This document shows, one piece after another, positions 1 through 8,565 of a stretch of DNA of 64,000 bases. Position numbers and translations under genes: made by a program. A model generated the notes under the pieces. The model worked only from the letters and a program-made list of their open reading frames with translations, was not told the DNA's origin and did no database searches. The first letter of the stretch is position 1. Every line of letters begins with the position of its first letter. Origin of the DNA: a bacterium (GTDB lineage: Bacteria; Patescibacteriota; Minisyncoccia; Minisyncoccales; UBA10102); contig JAUSJT010000004.1 in NCBI GenBank assembly GCA_030647485.1, positions 237,088 through 301,087 of the forward strand. Reading direction: 5' to 3'.

Positions 1-1
1 T

Positions 2-130
2 GGGCAGGCCGTATACGATCGGTCAACCGGAGGATGCTATGATGGGGTTGGAAAAAAATTTATTAATCTGAACCAAGGCGCAGAATCTACAATTTCTTAT
101 CTTTTCGCCCGTCTCTCTTTCGAGAGATAG
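2..130 (+). CDS. 3' end (last 42 codons) of a gene that starts upstream of the window; product not identifiable
   Basis: Frame is open from the window edge and ends at TAG 128-130. Tail reads ...NLNQGAESTISYLFARLSFER. Too short to name. Confidence 0.3.
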   Translation, partial: GQAVYDRSTGGCYDGVGKKFINLNQGAESTISYLFARLSFER

Positions 131-146
131 ATCTAACACTTTCTAT

Positions 147-1388
147 ATGCATAAACAAAGCACAGCAAAAACAAATAAAGAACGAAAAATAACCATTGTC
201 TCGGTAAGCGGGGGGTTTGATCCTCTACATATTGGCCATGTCCGTTTGTTTCAAGAAGCGAAGAAATTGGGCGATAAGCTCGTTGTGATTCTTAATAACG
301 ACAATTGGCTCAAAAAAAAGAAAGGTTACGCTTTCATGCCGCAGGAAGAAAGGAAAGAAATTATTAAAGCGTTGGCTGTGGTGGATGAGGTGATGATTAC
401 GAACCATCCGATTAACCCGAAAGATATGAGCGTATGCGCGGAGCTTGCCTTCTTAAAACCGCATATTTTTGCCAATGGCGGAGACAGAACCCTCAAGAAT
501 ATACCGGAGGTGGAGACATGTGAAAAAATCGGATGCAAAATGGTCTTTAGCGTTGGCCAAGGAGGTAAAATACAGTCAAGTTCGTGGCTACTGGAGCAAC
601 ATTCAAAAAAAGCAATATTCATCAAACAGAGCAAGAAATTTTCTGCAAAGAAAATAATTATATTTGATCTTGATGGTACGCTTACGGCGAGCAAGGCGAT
701 TCTAGATCAAGAGATGGCTTCTCTGCTTTGTCGTTTACTTGAAAAAAAGAAAGTGATGGTTATTGGCGGCGGCAGTTTGGCACAATTCCGCCAGCAATTT
801 TTAAAGTATCTTAGCTGCCCAAAAGAAAAATTAGAGAACTTATTCATTTCTCCAACTTCCGGCGCAAGTATGTATAAAAATAGAAATGGCGAATGGCAAG
901 AGATTTATCGATATACCCTGAGTTCAGAAGAGCAGAGAAAAATTCTTGTGGCTTTCAAGAAAGCTTTGCGAGATATTAGGTACGAGAATCTTAAGAAAAC
1001 ATACGGTAAAATTATAGAAAACCGCGGAAGCCAGATTACTTTTTCTGCGTTGGGACAAAAAGCGCCGCTTGCAGCCAAGGAAAAATGGCATAAAGAATCC
1101 GATATCCGCCTCATTCTTAAAAACACTTTTGAAAAATATTTACCTGAATTTGAGGCGCGACTAGGCGGTCTTACTTCGATAGATGTAACAAAGAAAGGAA
1201 TTGATAAGGCATACGGCGTACGGCGAATTGCTGCGATATTAAAAATTCCCGTAAAGGAGATGGTGTATGTGGGAGATGCTCTTTATGAGGGCGGCAACGA
1301 CTTTACAGTAGTACGCGCGGGAATAGATACCCTTCAGGTTTCTGGGCCCGCAGAGGCAGAATGTTTCATCCGATGCCTCCTTTTTTAA
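147..1388 (+). CDS. Fusion protein: cytidylyltransferase-like nucleotidyltransferase (N-term) + eukaryotic-type phosphomannomutase-like HAD-IIB domain (C-term)
   Basis: 413-aa ORF. N-term GGFDPLHIGHVRLF is the HxGH nucleotidyltransferase signature. C-term IFDLDGTLT (HAD motif I) followed by VMVIGGGS resembles PMM-type HAD proteins. Confidence 0.7.
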   Translation: MHKQSTAKTNKERKITIVSVSGGFDPLHIGHVRLFQEAKKLGDKLVVILNNDNWLKKKKGYAFMPQEERKEIIKALAVVDEVMITNHPINPKDMSVCAELAFLKPHIFANGGDRTLKNIPEVETCEKIGCKMVFSVGQGGKIQSSSWLLEQHSKKAIFIKQSKKFSAKKIIIFDLDGTLTASKAILDQEMASLLCRLLEKKKVMVIGGGSLAQFRQQFLKYLSCPKEKLENLFISPTSGASMYKNRNGEWQEIYRYTLSSEEQRKILVAFKKALRDIRYENLKKTYGKIIENRGSQITFSALGQKAPLAAKEKWHKESDIRLILKNTFEKYLPEFEARLGGLTSIDVTKKGIDKAYGVRRIAAILKIPVKEMVYVGDALYEGGNDFTVVRAGIDTLQVSGPAEAECFIRCLLF

Positions 1389-1535
1389 TAAAGCAGTAAA
1401 TTGACTTTAGATAAGTTTCAACAATTCCTTAAACCAAAGCGTATTGTTGAAAGTGAACGAAAAAGTGAACAAGAATATTTAGCTTTTTGGGCTGAAGAAA
1501 ATCTTAAATTGCTTAACAAGCTCGCAAAATAGATA

Positions 1536-1712
1536 ATGAGCTCTCATATGCCTCTTCGCCGTAAGAACACGAGGAGGCGATTGAGAGGATTTACTACTAT
1601 GGATGAAAAAAAAGAGCGACAAAAAGAGATAGAGAGAAGACTCGAAGAAGCAGGGATTGATCCAAGCGAGCTAGACGAGAGCGAGCAAGAAGAGCTTGCT
1701 GATCTTCTTTGA
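1536..1712 (+). CDS. Small hypothetical protein (58 aa; basic N-term, acidic C-term)
   Basis: Hand-read ORF below the track cutoff: MSSHMPLRRKNTRRRLRGFTTMDEKKERQKEIERRLEEAGIDPSELDESEQEELADLL*. A strong hairpin follows it. Confidence 0.25.
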   Translation: MSSHMPLRRKNTRRRLRGFTTMDEKKERQKEIERRLEEAGIDPSELDESEQEELADLL

Positions 1713-1722
1713 AAGCTTCCCT

Positions 1723-1753
1723 AAATGAGACACGCCTATCCAGTGTCTCATTT
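1723..1753 (+). terminator. Hairpin terminator candidate (11-bp stem AAATGAGACAC/GTGTCTCATTT)
   Basis: Perfect 11-bp stem with a 9-nt loop, followed by the T-rich run gtctcattttgtg. Confidence 0.45.
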
Positions 1754-1865
1754 GTCTCATTTTGTGCTAAAATGACCCCGACTTGTCCCGCCGTAGTTTT
1801 AACGAAGGGGGACCGAGAGGGGTAGATGAGACACCCCTAGAAAACTCTATAATTTCTCTACTTAC

Positions 1866-1893
1866 TTGACAGTATGTCTAAGGTATATATAAT
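1866..1893 (+). promoter_or_regulatory. Sigma70-like promoter (TTGACA-16-TATAAT) for the first TA pair
   Basis: TTGACA at 1866-1871 and TATAAT at 1888-1893. The ATG at 1900 lies 6 nt after the -10, so the mRNA is probably leaderless. Confidence 0.45.
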
Positions 1894-1899
1894 GGATAT

Positions 1900-2175
1900 A
1901 TGACAAACAAAATGATTTTTAATGTTGACTCTAAGATTAAGGAACGCGCCATGAAACAAGCACGGCAGGATGGCGTGCCATTTTCCATTGTTTTAAAGCT
2001 TGCCACAAAAGCATACGCAGAAGGGAAACTACGTCTTAGCATTTCTGATGTTTCCTCTTTCAACGAAGTGACTCGTAAAGAAATCAAGCAAGCGCTTGAA
2101 GACATCGAAAGGGGAAAGAATCTTTCGCCAGCTTTTACGAACGCCAAGGGCGCTATTGCATACTTGAATAAATAA
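1900..2175 (+). CDS. Type II antitoxin, RelB/DinJ-like (ribbon-helix-helix)
   Basis: 91-aa ORF. N-term MIFNVDSKIKERAMKQARQDGVPFSIVLKLATKAY has the RHH antitoxin pattern. It ends 4 nt before a RelE-like ORF. Confidence 0.65.
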   Translation: MTNKMIFNVDSKIKERAMKQARQDGVPFSIVLKLATKAYAEGKLRLSISDVSSFNEVTRKEIKQALEDIERGKNLSPAFTNAKGAIAYLNK

Positions 2176-2179
2176 CGCC

Positions 2180-2437
2180 ATGAAAATTATTTTTCATAGG
2201 ACGTTTGAAAAGAAGTTTGCAAAGCTTTCAAAAAACATGCAAAGGCAAACATCTGAGCGGGTTTATGTATTCTCTCAAAACCCAATGAATCCCATGCTCA
2301 ATAACCATTCAGTTGAGAAAAAATTTCCTGGCTGCAGAAGCATTAATATAACGGGAGATTACAGGGCAATTTTTAAGATACGAGAGGCGACCACTATTTT
2401 CATCAATATTGGATCACACTCTGATCTTTACTTATAA
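2180..2437 (+). CDS. Type II toxin, RelE/StbE-family mRNA interferase
   Basis: 85-aa ORF. The ...GDYRAIFKI...IFINIGSHSDLY pattern and the size match RelE/YafQ-like toxins. It is paired with the upstream antitoxin. Confidence 0.7.
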   Translation: MKIIFHRTFEKKFAKLSKNMQRQTSERVYVFSQNPMNPMLNNHSVEKKFPGCRSINITGDYRAIFKIREATTIFINIGSHSDLYL

Positions 2438-2478
2438 TCCTTCTTAAACCTTTGGTTCTAGACCAAAGTACATAGCAC

Positions 2479-2506
2479 TTGACATTGTGTATACAATGAG
2501 TATACT
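2479..2506 (+). promoter_or_regulatory. Sigma70-like promoter (TTGACA-16-TATACT) with an internal TGTATACA palindrome, for dinJ-yafQ
   Basis: TTGACA at 2479-2484 and TATACT at 2501-2506. The ATG at 2513 lies 6 nt after the -10. The palindrome in the spacer is a plausible autoregulatory operator. Confidence 0.45.
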
Positions 2507-2512
2507 AAAAGC

Positions 2513-2764
2513 ATGGGAACACTCAATGTAAGAATTGATAAGGATATCAAGGACAAGGCGGGCAAGACACTTTCTGCCTTAGGTTTAGATACCTCAACTG
2601 CGGTGCGACTTTTTTTACATCAAGTTGTTACCGAGAGAGGACTCCCCTTTATTCCAACAAGAAATCCTGCAACTATCCGTGCGCAATGGGATAAAGCAGT
2701 TTCCACGGCTAAAAGAAATAGCCGTCGCTATACAACTGCCGAGGAAGCGTTGGCTGATCTATAG
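2513..2764 (+). CDS. dinJ: Type II antitoxin, RelB/DinJ family
   Basis: 83 aa. MGTLNVRIDKDIKDKAGKTLSALGLDTSTAVRLFLHQVVTERGLPF is a typical DinJ N-terminus. Confidence 0.8.
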   Translation: MGTLNVRIDKDIKDKAGKTLSALGLDTSTAVRLFLHQVVTERGLPFIPTRNPATIRAQWDKAVSTAKRNSRRYTTAEEALADL

Positions 2765-2765
2765 G

Positions 2766-3050
2766 ATGTACAAAATTATTCGTACAAAGGTTTTTGAGCG
2801 TTCTTACAAAAGACTGAAACAGTCAGGCATCAGAAAACAAATTATCGATGATATAAAGAATATTATTGATATCTTGGCATCGGGGAAATCATTGTTGCCA
2901 AAACATCGCGACCACAAGCTCACTGGACATTTTGACGAATATCGAGAATGCCATGTGCGGCCCAATCTGCTTCTTGTATACCAGATTGATCATGGCAATC
3001 TTATACTCGTGCTAGTTGACATCGGATCGCATCCTTATTTATTCGGCTAA
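2766..3050 (+). CDS. yafQ: Type II toxin, YafQ family
   Basis: Track ORF 2625-3050 trimmed to ATG 2766, just after the dinJ stop. HRDHKLTGHFDEYRECHVRPNLLLVYQIDHGNLILVLVDIGSHPYLF is YafQ-like. Confidence 0.8.
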   Translation: MYKIIRTKVFERSYKRLKQSGIRKQIIDDIKNIIDILASGKSLLPKHRDHKLTGHFDEYRECHVRPNLLLVYQIDHGNLILVLVDIGSHPYLFG

Positions 3051-3072
3051 TCCCTTACTCGCATAATAGAAA

Positions 3073-3101
3073 TTGATTTTCTGATGAATTTGTTGTATAA
3101 T
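3073..3101 (+). promoter_or_regulatory. Sigma70-like promoter (TTGATT-17-TATAAT)
   Basis: -35 at 3073-3078 and -10 at 3096-3101. The ATG at 3107 lies 5 nt after the -10. Confidence 0.4.
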
Positions 3102-3106
3102 CAGGT

Positions 3107-3343
3107 ATGAGAACAGCAAGAAAGGATGAGATAGACCTCACTCAAGTGCAAACCTCTCTTGAGGTTTTTTTAGAATCATACAATAAAAATATTCCCGCAG
3201 GGTTTCCTCGCGCTTCCGTTGCAATATTAAAAAAGTTTCAAAGCATATATCCGATGCTTTTTAAACACGGCAATACCTGGTCGGTAGCTTTGTATCGAAA
3301 AAAAGTGATTGATTGGCTTTCTTCGTATCGCAATGCTGATTGA
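3107..3343 (+). CDS. Hypothetical protein (78 aa)
   Basis: ORF directly behind a good promoter. It overlaps the obg start by 11 nt. No recognisable motif. Confidence 0.4.
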   Translation: MRTARKDEIDLTQVQTSLEVFLESYNKNIPAGFPRASVAILKKFQSIYPMLFKHGNTWSVALYRKKVIDWLSSYRNAD

Positions 3344-4313
3344 TGACGTACTCATCAAGATAGCGGCAGGCAACGGCGGAAAAGGCGCCGTTGCTTTTAA
3401 TAAGAATAAAATGAGCTTGGGGCCTGTTGGAGGAAAAGGCGGCAAAGGAGGAAGCGTATATATTGAAGGCGTGTCTAATTTGAATGCATTAGGCCAATTT
3501 AGATACAAAAAAGATATCAAAGCGAACAATGGAACAGACGGAAAAGGCCAACTCAATGACGGCTCTAATGGGGATGACCTTATTCTTAAGGTTCCCGTGG
3601 GAACAGTCATTCACAATATTGAGAGCAAGGAGACCGAAGAAATAATGAAAATAGGGGAGAAGATTCTTGTTGCAAAAGGAGGAATTGGAGGACGAGGAAA
3701 TTTTCTTTTTCGATCTTCAACAAACACAAGTCCCAAGCAATTTCAAAAGGGTTTGCCTGGCGAGCATATTACGTTGCGGCTCGAGCTCAAGCTTATTGCC
3801 GATGTGGGCCTTATAGGGTTGCCCAATGCTGGAAAATCTAGCTTGCTCAATGAGCTCACACAAGCGCAAAGCAAGATTGGAAACTACCCTTTCACTACAT
3901 TAGAACCAAACTTGGGAGTATATTATGAACTTATCTTAGCTGATATTCCCGGGCTTATTGAAGGTGCGTCAACTGGAAAAGGCTTGGGCACAAAGTTTCT
4001 TCGCCATATTGAACGCACGAACATACTTTTTCATTTAATCTCTGCCGAATCACAAGATCCCGTACAAGATTATCTGACAATTCAAAAAGAACTTGAAACA
4101 TACAGTAAAGAACTTCTCAAGAAAACTGAGTATGTATTTTTAAGCAAGAGTGACGCAGTACCGGCAAAAGAAATAGAGAAAAAAATTGCTGCCCTAAAGA
4201 AAATTCACAAAGATATTCTTGTAATTTCCATTCATAATTGGGAAAGTCTGGAAAAAGTGAAAAAGATTTTAAACGAGATAAAAATGAATAAATCTGATAC
4301 AATTCATATATAG
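3333..4313 (+). CDS. obg: GTPase Obg/CgtA
   Basis: Gly-rich Obg fold (GNGGKGAVAF, GGKGGKGGSV). G1 is GLPNAGKSS, G3 is DIPG, and there is an NKxD-like SKSD. Start moved to ATG 3333 (MLIDDV...). Confidence 0.9.
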   Translation: MLIDDVLIKIAAGNGGKGAVAFNKNKMSLGPVGGKGGKGGSVYIEGVSNLNALGQFRYKKDIKANNGTDGKGQLNDGSNGDDLILKVPVGTVIHNIESKETEEIMKIGEKILVAKGGIGGRGNFLFRSSTNTSPKQFQKGLPGEHITLRLELKLIADVGLIGLPNAGKSSLLNELTQAQSKIGNYPFTTLEPNLGVYYELILADIPGLIEGASTGKGLGTKFLRHIERTNILFHLISAESQDPVQDYLTIQKELETYSKELLKKTEYVFLSKSDAVPAKEIEKKIAALKKIHKDILVISIHNWESLEKVKKILNEIKMNKSDTIHI

Positions 4314-4685
4314 ATGAAAAAACTACTTATAGAAATTACTCTCTCTGCGGTCATTGTTTTTGGCCTTACCTTTATTGCCTATAACTTCCTTGCGGGAATT
4401 TCACCATTCTGGAATACACAATTTATCTGGAGTGTTGTTCTTGCTGTAGGTTGGGCAATAGTAGCCGCGGGATACTATCATCAAGGATGGCTTGTGTATA
4501 CACAGAAAAGCTCTGCGAACGTTTCCATTGTCCTTCCTATCGCAGTTTTCTTCATCCAGTGCGTGTTATTTGTGAAAGGCATCTATTACCAGGACTGGTC
4601 GCTCGTCTGGGGAGCGGTGATCGTAAATTCCGGGGTGGTTTTCAGTCTTTATCAGATAATGCGTCAAAAAACGAAACAAAACTAA
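4314..4685 (+). CDS. Small integral membrane protein (about 4 TM)
   Basis: 123-aa hydrophobic ORF that starts immediately after the obg stop. Confidence 0.55.
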   Translation: MKKLLIEITLSAVIVFGLTFIAYNFLAGISPFWNTQFIWSVVLAVGWAIVAAGYYHQGWLVYTQKSSANVSIVLPIAVFFIQCVLFVKGIYYQDWSLVWGAVIVNSGVVFSLYQIMRQKTKQN

Positions 4686-4737
4686 GGCCGACTTAGTTTA
4701 CAGTTTAATAATTCGCAATCGGTTATAATAAAATGCG

Positions 4738-5364
4738 ATGAAACATATGAACTACGAAACAATTCCTACGAAAGAAATAGTTGAGAAAACTGCTGCGGCT
4801 CTCAAGGAACGCAATATTGAGGCATTGATTGTTGATACGAAAGAACAAGCATTAGAAAAGATCAAAGAACTTATCCCGAAAGGAGCGTCTGTTATGAACG
4901 GATCCTCCACTACGCTTGAAGAAATTGGGTTTGTTGATTATCTAAAAACGGGCACGCATGGCTGGAACAATCTTCATGAGGCAATTCTTGCTGAAAAAGA
5001 TCCTGCCAAACAGGCAGAACTCCGCAAGCAAGCCGCGCTCTCCGATTACTACCTAGGAAGTGTTCATGCGCTTGCACAAACAGGCGAATTTCTCATCGCC
5101 TCAAACAGCGGAAGCCAGTTGCCGAATATTGTCTTTACCTCGCCCAACCTTATTTTTGTCGTCGGCACGCAGAAAATCGTACCAACTCTTGCAGACGCCA
5201 TGAAACGCCTTGAAGATTATGTTGTCCCGCTTGAAAACCAGCATATGCAAAAACTATACGGTGTAGATACCATGTTATCTAAAATTGTCATCTTCAAGCA
5301 CGAAAATGCCATGATGGGCAGGAAGGTCAAGATGATTCTTGTGCAAGAGAAGCTCGGGTTCTAA
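4738..5364 (+). CDS. LUD-domain (lactate-utilisation C-like/DUF162) protein
   Basis: 208 aa. The overall pattern (…ALIVDTKEQALEKIKELIP…NGSSTTLEEIG…) resembles the YkgG/LutC family. Confidence 0.55.
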   Translation: MKHMNYETIPTKEIVEKTAAALKERNIEALIVDTKEQALEKIKELIPKGASVMNGSSTTLEEIGFVDYLKTGTHGWNNLHEAILAEKDPAKQAELRKQAALSDYYLGSVHALAQTGEFLIASNSGSQLPNIVFTSPNLIFVVGTQKIVPTLADAMKRLEDYVVPLENQHMQKLYGVDTMLSKIVIFKHENAMMGRKVKMILVQEKLGF

Positions 5365-5368
5365 AGGA

Positions 5369-5893
5369 ATGGCTGTTGAACTCATCTCAATAGCGATTAC
5401 GCTTTCCGCGATCGCCATCAATATCTTTATTCTTACAACCGTTCTTATTCCCATGCTATTGGGAGCTCCTTTTGTTCCCATTGATAAGACGGTTCTCAAA
5501 AGAATGATTGCGCTTTTGCAGGTGCAGCCAGGAGAGAAAGCAGCAGATCTTGGGTCTGGAGATGGAAGAGTTGTTATCGCGCTGGCCAAGGCTGGCGCAA
5601 TAGCTGAGGGGTATGAAATAAACCAGTTTCTTGTGCTAGCCTCCCGCAAAAATATCAAAAATGCGGGAATCTCCGCCCAGGCATCCATACATTGGAAAAA
5701 CTTCTGGGGACAAGATCTTTCATCTTTTCAAGTGGTAACCCTCTTTGGTATGCCGCATATGATGAAGAAGCTTGGAGCAAAACTGCGCAAAGAGCTAAAA
5801 CCAGGCACAAAAGTTATTTCTCATCAATTCATGTTCCCTGACTGGCCCATTTCCCAACAAGAGTCTCAACTGTATCTGTACCGTATAGGATAA
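5369..5893 (+). CDS. Class I SAM-dependent methyltransferase with N-terminal TM helix
   Basis: DLGSGDGRVVIALA is motif I. Start set to ATG 5369; the track start at 5339 is TTG and lies inside the upstream gene. Confidence 0.65.
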   Translation: MAVELISIAITLSAIAINIFILTTVLIPMLLGAPFVPIDKTVLKRMIALLQVQPGEKAADLGSGDGRVVIALAKAGAIAEGYEINQFLVLASRKNIKNAGISAQASIHWKNFWGQDLSSFQVVTLFGMPHMMKKLGAKLRKELKPGTKVISHQFMFPDWPISQQESQLYLYRIG

Positions 5894-5911
5894 AAAGAAA
5901 AAGCTCTTGCG

Positions 5912-6187
5912 CTACCTATTGGCAAGAGCTGACTTCCTCTCCCACACCTCTATCGTGTAGTCACCCTTGGGGGGATACTTACCATTATGATTTTTGGCAT
6001 ATTGATTACGGAAGTTTCTTGCAGCTTCCACTCTGTTCCGGGCATCGGTTTTGAACCCATCGCACACGATACGACCAAAGACCGTTATCTTTCCTCCCCA
6101 ATGCGGAAGATCTGACGATTTGTCCGACTCTTCTGGTGGAAATCCGGGCAACCTACCTTGTTCTTGCATGGATTCCTCCTTGCTCAA
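5912..6187 (-). CDS. Hypothetical protein (91 aa)
   Basis: ORF only. The hairpin GCTCTTGC...GCAAGAGC at its 3' end is shared with the convergent gene. Confidence 0.4.
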   Translation of the reverse strand: MSKEESMQEQGRLPGFPPEESDKSSDLPHWGGKITVFGRIVCDGFKTDARNRVEAARNFRNQYAKNHNGKYPPKGDYTIEVWERKSALANR

Positions 6188-6274
6188 GGATCAGATTAAA
6201 GAACGTCTACACCCTATTACTTCACTCCCTATCATGTTTTTTTATTATTGTCAATAGTATAGTATACTGAAAGC

Positions 6275-6610
6275 ATGAGAATTGAACTCAAAGAAACAAG
6301 CCTTGATCTTATTCCTCTCACAAAGGAATACATCCACAAAAAGCTCCAGCCCTTGGGACGCTTCGTAAAACGCTACGAGCAGTACGCAGAAGTCCGCATG
6401 TTTGTGGAAATAGCGAGAACAACAAAACACCATCAGAAGGGCAACGTGTTTTACGCAGAGATAACCATGGAACTGCCCAAAAGAATTATTCGGGCTGAAG
6501 CAAAAAACATTGACGTGCGAACTGCTTTAGATCAAGTACGGGATATTGTAAAGAGGGAATGCCAGCAGTATAAAGAGAAATACGTGATGGGTGCCAGAAA
6601 GAATGTATAG
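6275..6610 (+). CDS. hpf: Ribosome hibernation factor HPF/RaiA family
   Basis: 111 aa. The pattern ...LTKEYIHKKLQPLGRFV...AEITMELPKRIIRAEAKNIDVRTALDQVRDIVKRECQQYKEK matches the HPF/YfiA layout. Confidence 0.7.
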   Translation: MRIELKETSLDLIPLTKEYIHKKLQPLGRFVKRYEQYAEVRMFVEIARTTKHHQKGNVFYAEITMELPKRIIRAEAKNIDVRTALDQVRDIVKRECQQYKEKYVMGARKNV

Positions 6611-7196
6611 AAAGGATAATAAAACCGAGCATTACACCGTAAAGGCAAATAGAGAGGGATACCCTGCGCGCTCTGTGTACAAACTCAAAGACATTGATGA
6701 GAAATACCGCTTTTTCAAGAAAGGGGACAGGGTCTTGGATTTAGGGGCAGCCCCGGGATCCTGGATGCAGTACATTGCAACAAAGGTTGGAGAAAAGGGA
6801 TTTGTGCAAGGGGTTGATATCAAGGATGTTGAGATAGAAATGAAACCCAATATGCGTTTTCTGAAAAAAGACATGAGGGAATTAACCTCAACTCATTTTA
6901 CAAGAGGGAAGTATGACGCAGTGGTTTCTGACGCAGCGCCTTTTACCTCGGGAGTGCCGTCTTTAGACGCAGGAAGATCGTTTGAGCTTACTTCCAAAGC
7001 TTTTGAGATTGCATGCTCTATATTAAAGCCAAAGGGAAGTTTTCTCACCAAGCTCTTTGACGGAGAATATACAGGGGATTTCCACAGAGAGATACAGAAG
7101 AGCTTTTCTAGCGTAAAGCGGTACCGACCAAGAGCAATAACCAAGCAAAGCCGTGAGATATATATTATTGCAAGGAACTTTACGCCCAAAACGTAA
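6603..7196 (+). CDS. rlmE: 23S rRNA 2'-O-ribose methyltransferase RlmE/FtsJ
   Basis: YPARSVYKLKDIDEKY...VLDLGAAPGSWMQY is the FtsJ signature. ATG 6603 chosen; the track start at 6591 is GTG. Confidence 0.85.
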   Translation: MYRKDNKTEHYTVKANREGYPARSVYKLKDIDEKYRFFKKGDRVLDLGAAPGSWMQYIATKVGEKGFVQGVDIKDVEIEMKPNMRFLKKDMRELTSTHFTRGKYDAVVSDAAPFTSGVPSLDAGRSFELTSKAFEIACSILKPKGSFLTKLFDGEYTGDFHREIQKSFSSVKRYRPRAITKQSREIYIIARNFTPKT

Positions 7197-7319
7197 TCTT
7201 GTATACTAGAGAGGAATTCCCCCGACCCCCCACTTTTAGACACCTTCGGTTTCTAACACTCACTTCGTTCGCTGTTTTTCCACCACGGGGGCATTCCAAA
7301 ATTTCTTAAATAAATTTTT

Positions 7320-7808
7320 ATGAAACCAATCTTTCTAATCACCCTAACGCTTGGAGTCGTGGGAGGAATTCTGTTTATAACATTTCTTTCTAACCCAAAA
7401 GAGTCACAAGAAAACACTAGATTCGACAAGCTCACTACAAGTATGCCAACACAACAAAACGAACAGAGTAAAAATGAGCAAGCGCCCACAGAGCTCCAGA
7501 TAGAGGATATTGTAGTAGGTACGGGCGCCCAAGCACAGACAGGAAACACGGTATCCGTGCACTATACCGGAACCCTCCTTAATGGAACCAAATTTGATAG
7601 CTCCCTGGACAGAGGGACTCCTTTCTCATTCACCTTAGGGCAAAACAGCGTCATTGCAGGCTGGGAACAAGGAGTCTTGGGAATGAAAATTGGGGGAAAG
7701 AGAAAGCTCATCATTCCTCCTAGCTTAGCGTACGGACCAAGAGCAACGGGACCCATACCCGCCAACAGCACCCTTGTTTTTGAAGTAGAATTACTAAATG
7801 TAAAATAA
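7320..7808 (+). CDS. FKBP-type peptidyl-prolyl cis-trans isomerase, membrane anchored
   Basis: N-terminal TM helix. The FKBP core reads VSVHYTGTLLNGTKFDSSLDRGTPFSFTLGQNSVIAGWEQGVLGMKIGGKRKLIIPPSLAYG. Confidence 0.85.
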   Translation: MKPIFLITLTLGVVGGILFITFLSNPKESQENTRFDKLTTSMPTQQNEQSKNEQAPTELQIEDIVVGTGAQAQTGNTVSVHYTGTLLNGTKFDSSLDRGTPFSFTLGQNSVIAGWEQGVLGMKIGGKRKLIIPPSLAYGPRATGPIPANSTLVFEVELLNVK

Positions 7809-7810
7809 CT

Positions 7811-8560
7811 ATGGACCAAAAGATCAAAAACTACCTTGGCATAGCTATTATTGGGATTCTTATCACGAGCACATACGGGATATTAAGCTTTGTCCGTTCA
7901 TACGCCACAGCTTCAGAAACCTCAAGCTTTTCAACCAGCGCGGAAGGAAAGATGATTGCCATACCCGATATTGCCCAGTTCTCCTTTAGCGTTATCACGC
8001 AAGGAGGAGTGAACTTGCAAAATACTCAAAGCGAAAACACAAACAAGGCAAACGCCGCCATATCCTTTGTGAAATCCAAGAGCGTAAACGCAAAAGACAT
8101 CACAACGCAAGGGTATAACGTAGAGCCGCGCTATCAATATTATAACTGCGATCAAGATGACACCGTGTGCCCTCCGTATGAAATTACAGGGTACACTATC
8201 ACGCAAAGCATACTAGTGAAGGTGCGTGACTTTGATGTAATTGGAGACCTCCTATCAGGGGTGGTGCAGAACGGAGCGAACACCGTCTCTCAATTAAGCT
8301 TTACCGTTGAGGACCCTGCTGAACTTGAAAATCAAGCGCGAGAGAAAGCCATAACCAAAGCAAAAGACAAAGCAAAATCTATTGCAAAAGCAGGAGGATT
8401 CCGGCTTGGAAAGCTGCTTTCTATCAACGAGGGATCCTACTACCCCATGCCCATGTTCTCTGCGGCGGAAGGAAAGGGCGGGGGAGCACCTACTCCCACG
8501 ATAGAACCAGGATCTTACGACATTACAATCAACGTGACTCTTACCTACGAAATCAAGTAG
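7811..8560 (+). CDS. SIMPL-domain (DUF541) envelope protein
   Basis: 249 aa with an N-terminal TM helix. The AEGKMIAIPDIAQFSFSV... pattern and the C-terminal ITINVTLTYEI are typical of SIMPL proteins. Confidence 0.65.
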   Translation: MDQKIKNYLGIAIIGILITSTYGILSFVRSYATASETSSFSTSAEGKMIAIPDIAQFSFSVITQGGVNLQNTQSENTNKANAAISFVKSKSVNAKDITTQGYNVEPRYQYYNCDQDDTVCPPYEITGYTITQSILVKVRDFDVIGDLLSGVVQNGANTVSQLSFTVEDPAELENQAREKAITKAKDKAKSIAKAGGFRLGKLLSINEGSYYPMPMFSAAEGKGGGAPTPTIEPGSYDITINVTLTYEIK

Positions 8561-8565
8561 AAGGA

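Noticed and set aside
2625-3050. 141-aa version of the yafQ ORF from the track
   Set aside because: Its first 47 codons overlap dinJ in another frame. The YafQ-like sequence begins at ATG 2766, just after the dinJ stop.
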